NCBI RefSeq assembly: GCF_000008645.1
Contig: NC_000916.1
Span: 270,001-302,000 of the forward strand
Reading direction: 5' to 3'
Length of the DNA: 32,000 nt
Source: Methanothermobacter thermautotrophicus str. Delta H
GTDB taxonomy: Archaea; Methanobacteriota; Methanobacteria; Methanobacteriales; Methanothermobacteraceae
Of the stretch, positions 1 through 9,362 are shown piece after piece (position 1 is the stretch's first letter; every line of letters begins with the position of its first letter). The notes under the pieces were generated by a model. The model saw only the letters and a list, made by a program, of their open reading frames with translations, was not told where the DNA came from and did not search any database. The translations under genes and the position numbers were made by a program.

Positions 1-1
1 A

Positions 2-856
2 ACCTTTGCAGCCACAGCAAATGCAGTCATATACTGTAATGCAAAACCTGTACTTGTAGATTCACATCCTGATTACTGGTGCATTGATCCATCAAGGATT
101 GAGGAAAAAATAAATAAGAACACACGTGCGATAATACCTGTCCATCTTTATGGTCATCCATGTGATATGGGCTGGATTGGGGATATTGCCGATGAACATG
201 GATTGATTATTATAGAGGATGCTGCGGAGGCCCACGGAGCAGAATACAGAGGGAAAAAGATCGGCACCTTCGGGGACGTGTCTTGTTTTTCATTTTATGG
301 TAACAAAATAATAACCACTGGTGAAGGTGGAATGTGTCTTACTAATGATGAGGAGCTTGCTGAGAGAATGGCAGTGTTAAGGGATCATGGTATGAGACCG
401 GAAAAGAGATACTGGCACGAGGAGGTTGGATTCAATTATAGGATGACTAATTTACAGGCTGCGGTGGGTGTTGCTCAATTAGAAAAAATTGATGGTTTTA
501 TTAATAGAAAACGGGAAATAGCTGAGATATACAATAGAGGTCTTGCTGAATTACATGAAAATGAAGAATTAATGTTGCACCCAGAGATGTTATGGGCCAG
601 ATCTGTATACTGGGTTTATTCGATTGTCCTTAAAAAAAGGAAGAACATGGATTTAATAAGGTACCTTAATTCTTGTGGGGTGGATACAAGACCATTTTTT
701 TATCCTCTTAATTTAATGCCTCCCTATAAAGATGATTCCAGCTATCCTGTGGCAGAAAACCTCTCTTATGGTGGTCTGAGTCTTCCATCAAGTGTTGAAA
801 TTGGAGATGAAGCCATAGAATACGTTGTTGATAGAGTAAGGGAGTTTTTTGAATGA
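2..856 (+). CDS. DegT/DnrJ/EryC1/StrS-family PLP aminotransferase (nucleotide-sugar aminotransferase), 5' truncated by window edge
   Basis: Frame is open from base 2 (TFAATANAVIYCNAKPVLVDSHPDYWCIDPSRIE...), upstream of the ORF-track start at 167. Family motifs: EDAAEAHGAEYRGKKIGTFGDVSCFSFYGNKIITTGEGGM (PLP-Lys region) and NYRMTNLQAAVGVAQLEK. Confidence 0.93.
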   Translation, partial: TFAATANAVIYCNAKPVLVDSHPDYWCIDPSRIEEKINKNTRAIIPVHLYGHPCDMGWIGDIADEHGLIIIEDAAEAHGAEYRGKKIGTFGDVSCFSFYGNKIITTGEGGMCLTNDEELAERMAVLRDHGMRPEKRYWHEEVGFNYRMTNLQAAVGVAQLEKIDGFINRKREIAEIYNRGLAELHENEELMLHPEMLWARSVYWVYSIVLKKRKNMDLIRYLNSCGVDTRPFFYPLNLMPPYKDDSSYPVAENLSYGGLSLPSSVEIGDEAIEYVVDRVREFFE

Positions 857-1974
857 AAATAGCGTTTTTTCATCATACCATGGTCAGAGGTAGTGGAATA
901 GATACTGTGATATGGGAACTTGCAAAAAGACTGAAAAAAGATCATGATGTGAGTATCTTCACATTTTTCAATGAATATGACAACCCCATTGTTAACACTA
1001 TCTCTATTCCATTCCATGAAAACCGTCTTGTTAATGCAGTTTTTGCACCAATCATACCTAGTTCTTATAGCTTCAGAAAAAAGGTTAAGGATTTTGATGT
1101 TGTAAACGTTCACCATTTCCCTGCCAACTTTTTTCCATTCTTTCCTACCAATATGGATACTCTCAATATCGTGACAGAATGGAGCGGTCCTCCTATGTGT
1201 TTACTTGAAAACATGAATTTCAATGAAAGATTATACATGAAATTAGCCCGCTTCATGAATAAATATGCTGCAAATCGTGCCGATGGGTTGTTAGCGCCAT
1301 GTAGTTTTGTTAAACAATGGATAATGGATAACTATGGTCTTAATTCCCATAAGATGTATCTGGATGGAATAAACTTTGATTATTTTGATTACAGAAATGA
1401 GTATAATAAACCTGATTTTGGAGGTCCTACCATACTTTACGTGGGGCGTATTGCACCAAACAAAAATATTGATCTTTTAATAGAATCCTTTGAAATCGTG
1501 AAAAAGGAATTTGATGATTCTAAACTTGTTATCGTGGGTCGCAAAACATTCCCTGCTTATTATCGGAAGCTTAAAAAAGTTATAAAAAACAAAAATCTCC
1601 AGGAGGATGTTATATTCACAGGAGAAGTTCCCTGGGGAGAATTACCAGATTATTATGCATCATGTGACGTTTATGCTACATGTTCATCGTGGGAGGGATT
1701 CCTCAGGGCCGAGGCTTTTGCAATGAAGAAACCCATGGTAGCATTTGATACGGGTGCAAATAGAGATACCATAAAGGACGGTATAAATGGATTTCTGGTT
1801 GAAAATGGAGATTATGTATCATTTGCAGAAGCTATAATAAAATTAATCGAGGATCCTACTTTAAATAAGCATATGGGTAATGAAGGATATAGATGGGCAC
1901 GTAAACATCTAGATTTTGATGTAATCTGCCAAAATTTCTCTAAATATCTTGAGGAGGAGATTTCTTGCAGATAA
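853..1974 (+). CDS. Glycosyltransferase family 4 (GT-B)
   Basis: ATGA overlap with the upstream gene. C-terminal GT4 motifs ILYVGRIAPNKNIDLLIESF, VIFTGEVPWGELPDYYASCDVYATCSSWEGFLRAEAFAMKKPMVAFDTGANRDTI. Confidence 0.92.
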   Translation: MKIAFFHHTMVRGSGIDTVIWELAKRLKKDHDVSIFTFFNEYDNPIVNTISIPFHENRLVNAVFAPIIPSSYSFRKKVKDFDVVNVHHFPANFFPFFPTNMDTLNIVTEWSGPPMCLLENMNFNERLYMKLARFMNKYAANRADGLLAPCSFVKQWIMDNYGLNSHKMYLDGINFDYFDYRNEYNKPDFGGPTILYVGRIAPNKNIDLLIESFEIVKKEFDDSKLVIVGRKTFPAYYRKLKKVIKNKNLQEDVIFTGEVPWGELPDYYASCDVYATCSSWEGFLRAEAFAMKKPMVAFDTGANRDTIKDGINGFLVENGDYVSFAEAIIKLIEDPTLNKHMGNEGYRWARKHLDFDVICQNFSKYLEEEISCR

Positions 1975-2486
1975 GGATGGTTAAAATGTCTGATGTATGG
2001 TCTCTTACTAACTTTTACATGTCTCTAAAAGAAAACGAAAGAATCTTATTCCACCCATTCCCTTTTAGATACCCTCTAGTTTTTTTGATAATATTATACT
2101 TTGCTTTTTCAAATTTTTTGTATGAATACCTCGATTTAATAAATAATAAGCTTTCTGTAATATCATTGGTAGCGGAGCATGAGGGATCGATTCAGGGGTT
2201 TGTGTTTATATCAAATATTAAAGAACGGAAGGTTGCTAAAAATTTTGGTATAGTTGTGGGGAGACGTTGGCGAGGTCGGGGAATTGGAAGGAACCTTGCT
2301 GATGCTATGATTGATATCTGTAAAAAAGAAGGAATTAATGAGATACATTTAACTGTGATGGCCAAAAACAAATCTGCAATCTCATTATATAAAAAATTAG
2401 GATTTGAGGTTACCGAATATCATGAAAAAAGAGAAAGATGGGGAGGTAAATTCTATCCTGATTATAGTATGGTTTTCTGGGGCTGA
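1965..2486 (+). CDS. GNAT-family N-acetyltransferase
   Basis: VVGRRWRGRGIGRNLADAMIDICKKEG (acetyl-CoA binding Q/RxxGxG/A) and VMAKNKSAISLYKKLGFEV. TTG start at 1965 preceded by GAGGAGGAG; alternative ATG at 1977. Confidence 0.85.
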   Translation: MQIRMVKMSDVWSLTNFYMSLKENERILFHPFPFRYPLVFLIILYFAFSNFLYEYLDLINNKLSVISLVAEHEGSIQGFVFISNIKERKVAKNFGIVVGRRWRGRGIGRNLADAMIDICKKEGINEIHLTVMAKNKSAISLYKKLGFEVTEYHEKRERWGGKFYPDYSMVFWG

Positions 2487-2490
2487 TCCT

Positions 2491-3396
2491 ATGGTAAATT
2501 CCGATTTAGACATCTATGCTGATGAAGCGTTTTTTGATAAGAAATGGATTTATATAGGAGCCTTGTTTGTTCCTCTCCATAAAAAGGCAGAACTCTTAAA
2601 TGAACTTTTAAATTGCAGGTGTATAAAAAGAAATTCGTGGAATGAAAATTCGTGTTTAGATCCCTGTGGATTTCATGAAAAAAATAACACAGAAATACAT
2701 TATAAAGACGTGAGAGCTAACAACAAATTCACAATAGCTCAAAATTGGCTCAAATTTTTACTTGAAACCAATAATAAAAAGGATAGGGGTCTTGTGTATT
2801 TTAACATATTAGGATTGGATCTCTCTAAAATTGATTATAACTTATTTGATGCTAAAAACAGAAAGATGAGTATTTATAATAGATTTTTCAGGACAGTTTT
2901 GCTGGGGGGTATAAAATATTTTTTTGGAGAGGATACCGTCATAGATCATATTTTCCATGATAAGGGACAACAGCAGTATTACGACCTATTTTCATGGCAA
3001 CCCGCAGAAAGAATAACAAGGGAAAACAGGATAAGAATTAATAACAAAACAATAATTTTTATAGATTCAGATCATCGCAGGGAAAGCTCCTATAAGAAGG
3101 AGTCTCATTTCATCCAATTCTTAGATATTATCATGGGAAGTATATGCCGCTGTTTTCACCCACCCGAGAATAAAAATAAATTGCAACTTGGAGAAACCAT
3201 AAAGCCCCTACTTGAGAGGCTCACTGATAACCCAAAGAATAGGAATAGCAGTTATCACTATTACAGAAAACAACAGATTCAGTTTTTCCCAAAAAATAAG
3301 TTAAAGGATGAGGCAGTAGAAACAAGACTATTTAATGAAGCTCTGTTTCCTGAAAGGAGCAATAATTTTTATACTGAGAGAAGGATCATTATATAA
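2491..3396 (+). CDS. DUF3800-like protein (predicted RNase H-like fold)
   Basis: DLDIYADEAFFDKKWIYIGALFVP near the N-terminus, FIDSDHRRE mid-protein, HFIQFLDIIMGSI near the C-terminus (DUF3800 'LQlaDliaG' pattern). ORF track begins at 2404, but ATG 2491 directly after the GNAT stop fits the family N-terminus better. Confidence 0.65.
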   Translation: MVNSDLDIYADEAFFDKKWIYIGALFVPLHKKAELLNELLNCRCIKRNSWNENSCLDPCGFHEKNNTEIHYKDVRANNKFTIAQNWLKFLLETNNKKDRGLVYFNILGLDLSKIDYNLFDAKNRKMSIYNRFFRTVLLGGIKYFFGEDTVIDHIFHDKGQQQYYDLFSWQPAERITRENRIRINNKTIIFIDSDHRRESSYKKESHFIQFLDIIMGSICRCFHPPENKNKLQLGETIKPLLERLTDNPKNRNSSYHYYRKQQIQFFPKNKLKDEAVETRLFNEALFPERSNNFYTERRIII

Positions 3397-3433
3397 CTCT
3401 TGATCAATCAAAACTTGATTTCTGGGTGAATCC

Positions 3434-4639
3434 ATGAAAATATGTCTTTTTAGCAGTCTTTACCCCCCACTCGCATTTTGAGGGGCTACAGGAGTTGCTC
3501 AGATTGAGGCCGAGCACCTAGTAAAAAGAGGACATGAGGTTTTCGTAATAACTACAAGTCCAAATGAACACTATCGTGAGGAATATATGAATGGGGTTAA
3601 AATTTACAGATTACCTCCCAATAATTTATATGCCTTTTACGACAACTTCAAAAACCAGAATAATCATAAAATCCCTTCAAAAGTTATGTGGCACATCATA
3701 GACACATTCAATTTAAGATTAAAAAATAAAATTAGGACAATTCTCCTTGATGAAAAACCGGACTTAGTCCATGTTCATAACTTCGGAGGTCTCTCCACCC
3801 TCCTTTTTAATGAAATAAAGAATAATGGGTTGCCTGTCGTTTTCACAGCACATGATTACAGTGTTATATGTCCAAAGGCTAACTTGCTTCGATCTGATAA
3901 CAGCATATGTGAAGAAGGGTCATTAATATGTTTGGGTTACGCTAAAATTAAGAAATTCTTATTGGGTGGCGCTGTTGATGTCGTAATTTCACCTTCCCAG
4001 TTTTTAATCAACAAATTAAGAGAAAATAACATTTTCAATGAAACGGAGATGATTAAATTACCTAACCCGATAGAGTTAGGCGAAACATCACCCTCTTCTA
4101 AACCTTATCATAAGAAACTGATGCTTCTCTATGTGGGAGAATTGAGTAAACACAAAGGTCTTCATATTCTTATTGAAGCCCTTAAAAGGATTGATGATGA
4201 GAACATATGTGTGGATATATATGGAAGAGGGGTCCACGAGGATTACTTTAAAAGTATATCAAAGGATCTGAATGTTTTTTTTAGAGGATATGCAAACGGA
4301 TTTGAGGAATTGAAAAAGGCATATCAAAATGCCAATGTCACTGTGGTGCCTTCAATATGCTATGAGGTCTTTGGCATGATTATATTGGAAAGTTTCATGA
4401 ATTCAACGCCAGTAATTGCAAGCAGGATAGGTGGTATCCCTGAAGTTGTGAGGGACGGATATAACGGTTTCCTCTTTAAACCGGGAAGTGTTAATGGACT
4501 CAGGAGGATTCTTGAAAGAATTTCAGAGCACCCATCCATACTTAAAGAACTTGAAAGGAATGCATATAAATCTTCGCAGGGGTACAGCATCGAGGATCAC
4601 GTGAAGAAACTTGAGGAGATCTACAGGGGATTGTTATGA
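3434..4639 (+). pseudogene. Glycosyltransferase family 4, interrupted by in-frame TGA at 3479-3481 (intact from internal ATG 3587)
   Basis: Reading from ATG 3434 gives MKICLFSSLYPPLAF*GATGVAQIEAEHLVKRGHEVFVITTS..., continuous in frame with the 3587..4639 ORF (LLYVGELSKHKGLHILIEAL; VPSICYEVFGMIILESFMNSTPVIASRIGGIPEVV). SD-like GGTGA lies upstream of 3434. Confidence 0.8.
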
Positions 4640-6720
4640 GAAAGGACATACTCTACATGCTACTTTTACTTTTGATCACGGACCTATCAATCATTGCAGA
4701 TATTCCTGTTTTAAGGCAGTCATTACCCTTCATATTCTTTACAATTATTCCAGGATATCTTCTGCTTGGTATTCTGAAGTTCAAGGTTGAACTGATCGAT
4801 GGCTCCGTTATTGCAGCAGCTCTCAGCATATTCCTCATGATGATGACTGGACTCATCATAAACAGTTTTTATCCTCTAATAATGAGGCCACTTTCACTCC
4901 TACCCATACTTTCAGCCATTAATCTGCTCATCATTGCATTGATGGTGATTTATCATTTGAGGGGTGAAGAACCGTTAAACCTTAAAGCTTCAGGTAACCT
5001 CTCCACGGCACTTTCATCCCTCCTTTTTCCTGTTTTAACGGTTATTGGATCATACCTTATGAATAAATACTCTGTTAACACAGTTCTATTACTTGTTTTG
5101 CTGTTTATACCAGTTTACATAATCCTTTTAGAAGTTTTCAAGAAAAAGATCGGACCAGCAACATATCCAGTAGCTATATTCAGCATCTCCCTATCCCTTC
5201 TTATCATGAATGGTCTGCCATCAAATTATCTCATTGGTAGGGACATACACTGGGAGTTCTATTTATTCAGAAAGGCTCTTATGGCTCATCACTGGGACAT
5301 GCACGTTGGATCCTATAATGCATACAATGCCTGTCTCTCTGTCACCGTTCTACCGGTAATCTACAAGGTGCTCCTTAACGTCCCAGAGGTTTACATCTTC
5401 AAGTTCTATTATGGATTTATAGGCGCCCTCATGCCACTCCCGGTTTACCTGATATCAGAGAGGATACTCAAAAGGAGTGATTATGGATTCTATGCCACTC
5501 TTCTTTTCATTTTCCAGTTCTCGTTCATTTACATACTTGGGTGGTGCAGACAGCTTGTAGCCCTCCTTTTCTTCGCTGCAGCCGTCATGGTCCTTACGGG
5601 GGATATGAGGCGATCCCATAAGAAACTCCTGTTCGTGGTTTTCATGGTGGGGACTGTTCTATCACACTACACGACGGCCTATGTCTTCTTTTTCCTCGTG
5701 GCACTCATACCCATCCTGGTCAGGGTCATGAAAAGACTTAAGGTCCCGGATGATTCCAGGGGCTTCTTCGCAGCATCCCTTGCAGTTCTGTTCTTTGTGG
5801 TTGTATTCGCATGGTATGCCCAGGCCACAGGAGCCCCATTTAAATCAGCAGTCTCATTCTTCACAAAGACCTTGAGGAGCATGTCTGAATTCTTCAGCGC
5901 TGATATGAGGAACAACTCTGAACTTGCGGTTGTGGGGATAGGCATCTCAAATTTCCCAAACCTTCTGAGCACCCTTGTCCATGATACAGTCTTTGCACTG
6001 ATCGGTGCCGGTGCGCTTGCAGTTATTTTTAAGGAGGAGTACCGTCAGGGGAGGGAATACCTTGCAGCTGTCATTCTCTGTATGGGAATTCTTGTAGCAT
6101 TCATTGCCCTTCCCTTTGTCTCAAAGGGTTATGGGGGGCCCCGGCTCTTCACACAGTTACTTGTGATACTGGCTCCCCTGTTTATTACTGGTATTGATGC
6201 GTTGACTGGTTTCATAGGAAGGGTGAGGTGGAGGATCCCATCAATCATTGTACTCCTTATCCTGCTCTTCTCATGCACAACCTATCTTAACTATCATTTC
6301 GCAGGGATACCCTACTCCTATGCCTATGATGATGGTGGTGAGAGACGCTATGAGACATTCATCTATGATAATGAAGTTACCGGTGCTCTATGGCTTAGCA
6401 ACCATTACAATGAAACTTCAGTGATACACGGCGACAAAATGATATACTCAAGGATAATATACGGTTTCAGTACTTATCCTAGGGTAGATAGGGAATTCTT
6501 CAATGGGACAGATACAGAAACTGGCGGTTACGTATATCTGACACACTTCAATTTATATCAACGTCTCGTATTTCTGGATTATCCCTTAGCACCTCCCCGC
6601 GTTGTTAATGGGGCTCTTAAGTTGGATAATGTTGAATCGATTAATAATTACAAGGATCTGATTGTTAATATGAGCACAATTTATGATAACGGAGGATCAA
6701 GGGTTTTAATAGTCGCATGA
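4636..6720 (+). CDS. Multi-spanning membrane protein, DUF2206-like (possible polyprenyl-sugar-dependent glycosyltransferase)
   Basis: 694 aa with many hydrophobic helices. ATG overlaps the upstream TGA (ATGA). N-terminus MRKDILYMLLLLLITDLSIIADIPVLRQSLPFIFFTIIPGYLLLGIL resembles archaeal DUF2206 proteins; extracellular C-terminal domain. Confidence 0.75.
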   Translation: MRKDILYMLLLLLITDLSIIADIPVLRQSLPFIFFTIIPGYLLLGILKFKVELIDGSVIAAALSIFLMMMTGLIINSFYPLIMRPLSLLPILSAINLLIIALMVIYHLRGEEPLNLKASGNLSTALSSLLFPVLTVIGSYLMNKYSVNTVLLLVLLFIPVYIILLEVFKKKIGPATYPVAIFSISLSLLIMNGLPSNYLIGRDIHWEFYLFRKALMAHHWDMHVGSYNAYNACLSVTVLPVIYKVLLNVPEVYIFKFYYGFIGALMPLPVYLISERILKRSDYGFYATLLFIFQFSFIYILGWCRQLVALLFFAAAVMVLTGDMRRSHKKLLFVVFMVGTVLSHYTTAYVFFFLVALIPILVRVMKRLKVPDDSRGFFAASLAVLFFVVVFAWYAQATGAPFKSAVSFFTKTLRSMSEFFSADMRNNSELAVVGIGISNFPNLLSTLVHDTVFALIGAGALAVIFKEEYRQGREYLAAVILCMGILVAFIALPFVSKGYGGPRLFTQLLVILAPLFITGIDALTGFIGRVRWRIPSIIVLLILLFSCTTYLNYHFAGIPYSYAYDDGGERRYETFIYDNEVTGALWLSNHYNETSVIHGDKMIYSRIIYGFSTYPRVDREFFNGTDTETGGYVYLTHFNLYQRLVFLDYPLAPPRVVNGALKLDNVESINNYKDLIVNMSTIYDNGGSRVLIVA

Positions 6721-6887
6721 TTTTTTGTATCTGGTAAAATCGGGCTTTGTAAAAATATAAGTGATTTTCTTTTGTTTTATTTTTGGCTTGGCTAAGGTTA
6801 GGGAGCAGTAGAATTCTTTAGGAACAAATACTGAGGATTCCTCATGTGAACTTCCATTCTACATTTAGATTAGGATTCGAAAGGAGA

Positions 6888-6897
6888 TTATATAAAC
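6888..6897 (+). promoter_or_regulatory. Candidate archaeal TATA box (ATTATATAAA) for the pyruvyl-transferase gene
   Basis: Purine-rich GAAAGGAG (possible BRE) followed by ATTATATAAAC, about 65 bp upstream of the start in a 236-239 bp intergenic gap. Confidence 0.5.
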
Positions 6898-6956
6898 TTC
6901 AAAAAGTAATGTATCGATGATACAATCGTTTATGGGATCTTAAGGAGGAGGCGAAT

Positions 6957-8159
6957 TTGGTGAAATTCTTGGTTTTGGGTGTCAATAAAGATAACAAAGG
7001 CAATGAAGCCCTTGTGAAGTCAACCGTTGCAACAATAAAGTCCTTGATTGAAAATTGCAATTTTGTGTTTGTGGGTGTTAGAAATGAAAAGATTAAAGTT
7101 GATAATTCCTATTATTCTGTTTTAGAAAACCCCACTTATGAAATGAGTTTAAAGAAACCTTTAATGGTTTTGGGATCATTATTCCTACTTCTAAAAATTT
7201 TTCTATTTAAAAGGTTAAAAATGGAGATGAAATTTGAAAATAATATTATTTTAAAAAATATTCAGGAAGCCGATGTTTTAATTAACACTGGCGGCGACCA
7301 TCTCTCGGGGGAATATGGAAGGTCGATTATAATAACACTTGTTAATCTTCTGTACGCCATTCTCTTAGATAAACCTGTTGTATTGTACTCTGAGAGTTTG
7401 GGCTATCCTAAAAATAGATGTCTTGGATTCCTGCTAAATTATGTTCTCGAAAGGTCTTCTTTAATATTAGTAAGAGAACCCAAATCCTATGAATATCTTC
7501 AGAATAGTTTAAAATCAAAAAATTATTACCTAACAGCCGATTCGGCATTTTTATTGAATCCTTCTTCAAGGAACCAAAAAAACGAAAATGATAACCATGT
7601 CATAGGTTTTAATGTGAGCCCCTTAATAACAAATTTTGCTAAATCTCTTGATATTCTTAAACTATCCATAGATACAATCGATTTCCTCCTTAAAAACAAG
7701 AATGTGAATGTTTTACTGGTTCCCCATGTATACGGTGAGGACTCTGACCTTAAGATCCTCTCTAAAATTTATGAACATTTTGATTCAGAGAGGCTTTTAC
7801 TTATAGATAAAGAATATGATGCCGAGGAACTTAAATCAATTATAGGTCAGTGTGATCTCTTCATAGGCGCCAGGATGCATGCAACCATTGCAGCAACCTC
7901 AATGTTCGTACCCACCGTTGGGATAGCATACAGCCACAAGATGCATGGTATCATAGGCGAGATGCTAGGCCTGGAAGATTATATTATAGATATCGAGGAT
8001 CTCAACTCTGAAATCTTAATAGAGAAGACATTAAAGGCATGGGAGAACCGGGAGGAAATACAGGACCACCTCAGAAAGGTCATCCCTGAGGTTAAAATGA
8101 AAGCATGGAAGAATGGAGAGCTTGTTAAGGAACTATGCGACTCACTTGGAATCTCCTAA
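6957..8159 (+). CDS. Polysaccharide pyruvyl transferase family protein (CsaB/WcaK-like)
   Basis: VLGVNKDNKGNEALVKSTVATIKSL N-terminus, INTGGDHLSGEYG, and C-terminal SIIGQCDLFIGARMHATIAATSMFVPTVGIAYSHKMHGI. Start TTG 6957 or GTG 6960, with GGAGGAGG upstream. Confidence 0.85.
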   Translation: MVKFLVLGVNKDNKGNEALVKSTVATIKSLIENCNFVFVGVRNEKIKVDNSYYSVLENPTYEMSLKKPLMVLGSLFLLLKIFLFKRLKMEMKFENNIILKNIQEADVLINTGGDHLSGEYGRSIIITLVNLLYAILLDKPVVLYSESLGYPKNRCLGFLLNYVLERSSLILVREPKSYEYLQNSLKSKNYYLTADSAFLLNPSSRNQKNENDNHVIGFNVSPLITNFAKSLDILKLSIDTIDFLLKNKNVNVLLVPHVYGEDSDLKILSKIYEHFDSERLLLIDKEYDAEELKSIIGQCDLFIGARMHATIAATSMFVPTVGIAYSHKMHGIIGEMLGLEDYIIDIEDLNSEILIEKTLKAWENREEIQDHLRKVIPEVKMKAWKNGELVKELCDSLGIS

Positions 8160-9362
8160 AAAATCCATTCTTGCCTTTAGAGCTACAATCATAGAATAGA
8201 AAAAGATATACCTCCTTTTAATGGTCCATGGGATCTTCAACCGTGATGGTTCAAATGATAGGATGATTCTGTCAATGAAATCTATCTCAGGAAAACTCCC
8301 ATTATACATGGACCTTCTGCACAACTTTTTCTTCATGTAAATATTATATATCTGTGAGAGGAGTGCCTTTTCAGGTTTAATCTTATCCATCTCACATATA
8401 CCACCTTTCAGGATTCCGGCGAACTTCTCAGGCCATTTTCTAATGATTACAAGTGTCCTCCCTTTCTTTTCGTCTTTGAGTTCCTTGAGCCAGGGATCTG
8501 CAAAGGAGATGTCTGAGAGTTCTGCCATATGATCAGCGCATAGCCTGCATCTCTCAGGCATGAATAACTGCCCGAACCCGGATCCCCAGTACTCAGGTAG
8601 TAGTAGTAGGTCACCTGATTCTGTTTCAACCCTCAGACTCCCGGGCCAGCCCTCACCACGGTACCTTATGGACTTAACGTCCCCTGGATCAACACCAAGC
8701 CTTTCAAGGAGAAACTCCGTCGCCCTGAAACTTGGTGCATGATTGCAGACAATCCCCAGATGATAAACTATCCTCTCCCTCAGTTTTCTGCTGATCACCT
8801 CAGCCTTCCGCACCCCATGGATGTGGCAGGGCAGACCCACAACAGCGTACCTCCCCGGCACCTCAAGTATTTCTTTGAGGGCAACGTTGGCGGGTACGGG
8901 ACAGTACTTGGATCCCCTGCTCTCGATGATCTCCGAAGGCGTCCTTGCAATGAAGGGTTCAGGTTCAAGGGGCCTCTCGGGATTCATACGGGTCACAAGG
9001 GCGCCATCGATGAGGCCCTCCTCCAGTAGATAAATCAGGATCTGGCTTATCATACCACCGGAGGACGCACCATACCTGAGTTCATCATCACGGCTGTGGG
9101 CAATGTAGCACTCCTCATAATTACCCATCAGCATATCATCAGGTTCCCTTCCAAAAACCCTCATGTTGAGGTCAGTGAAGTCAACCCCCACTCCGGGGCA
9201 GACCCTCAGGCAGACACCACATCCATCACACTCACCATCAACAAGGGGTTCATAGACACCCCTATCATGATCTATTCTCATCACAACACTCTCAAGGGGG
9301 CACATCGCCGCACAGGTTCCGCAGCCAGTGCAGAGGTCCCCAACGTCGCCGACATTCTTCAT
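8142..9362 (-). CDS. Coenzyme F420 hydrogenase/dehydrogenase beta-subunit (FrhB)-family iron-sulfur protein
   Basis: Two N-terminal 4Fe-4S motifs (LCTGCGTCAAMCP; CDGCGVCLRVCPG), then YGASSGGMISQILIYLLEEGLIDGALV and VVGLPCHIHGVRKAEV. Confidence 0.88.
   Translation of the reverse strand: MKNVGDVGDLCTGCGTCAAMCPLESVVMRIDHDRGVYEPLVDGECDGCGVCLRVCPGVGVDFTDLNMRVFGREPDDMLMGNYEECYIAHSRDDELRYGASSGGMISQILIYLLEEGLIDGALVTRMNPERPLEPEPFIARTPSEIIESRGSKYCPVPANVALKEILEVPGRYAVVGLPCHIHGVRKAEVISRKLRERIVYHLGIVCNHAPSFRATEFLLERLGVDPGDVKSIRYRGEGWPGSLRVETESGDLLLLPEYWGSGFGQLFMPERCRLCADHMAELSDISFADPWLKELKDEKKGRTLVIIRKWPEKFAGILKGGICEMDKIKPEKALLSQIYNIYMKKKLCRRSMYNGSFPEIDFIDRIILSFEPSRLKIPWTIKRRYIFFYSMIVALKARMDFLGDSK

Noticed and set aside
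3479-3481. In-frame TGA as a selenocysteine codon
   Set aside because: The aligned position in GT4 proteins is Gly rather than a redox Cys, Methanobacteriales are not known to use Sec, and no catalytic rationale exists. A nonsense mutation or sequence error is simpler.
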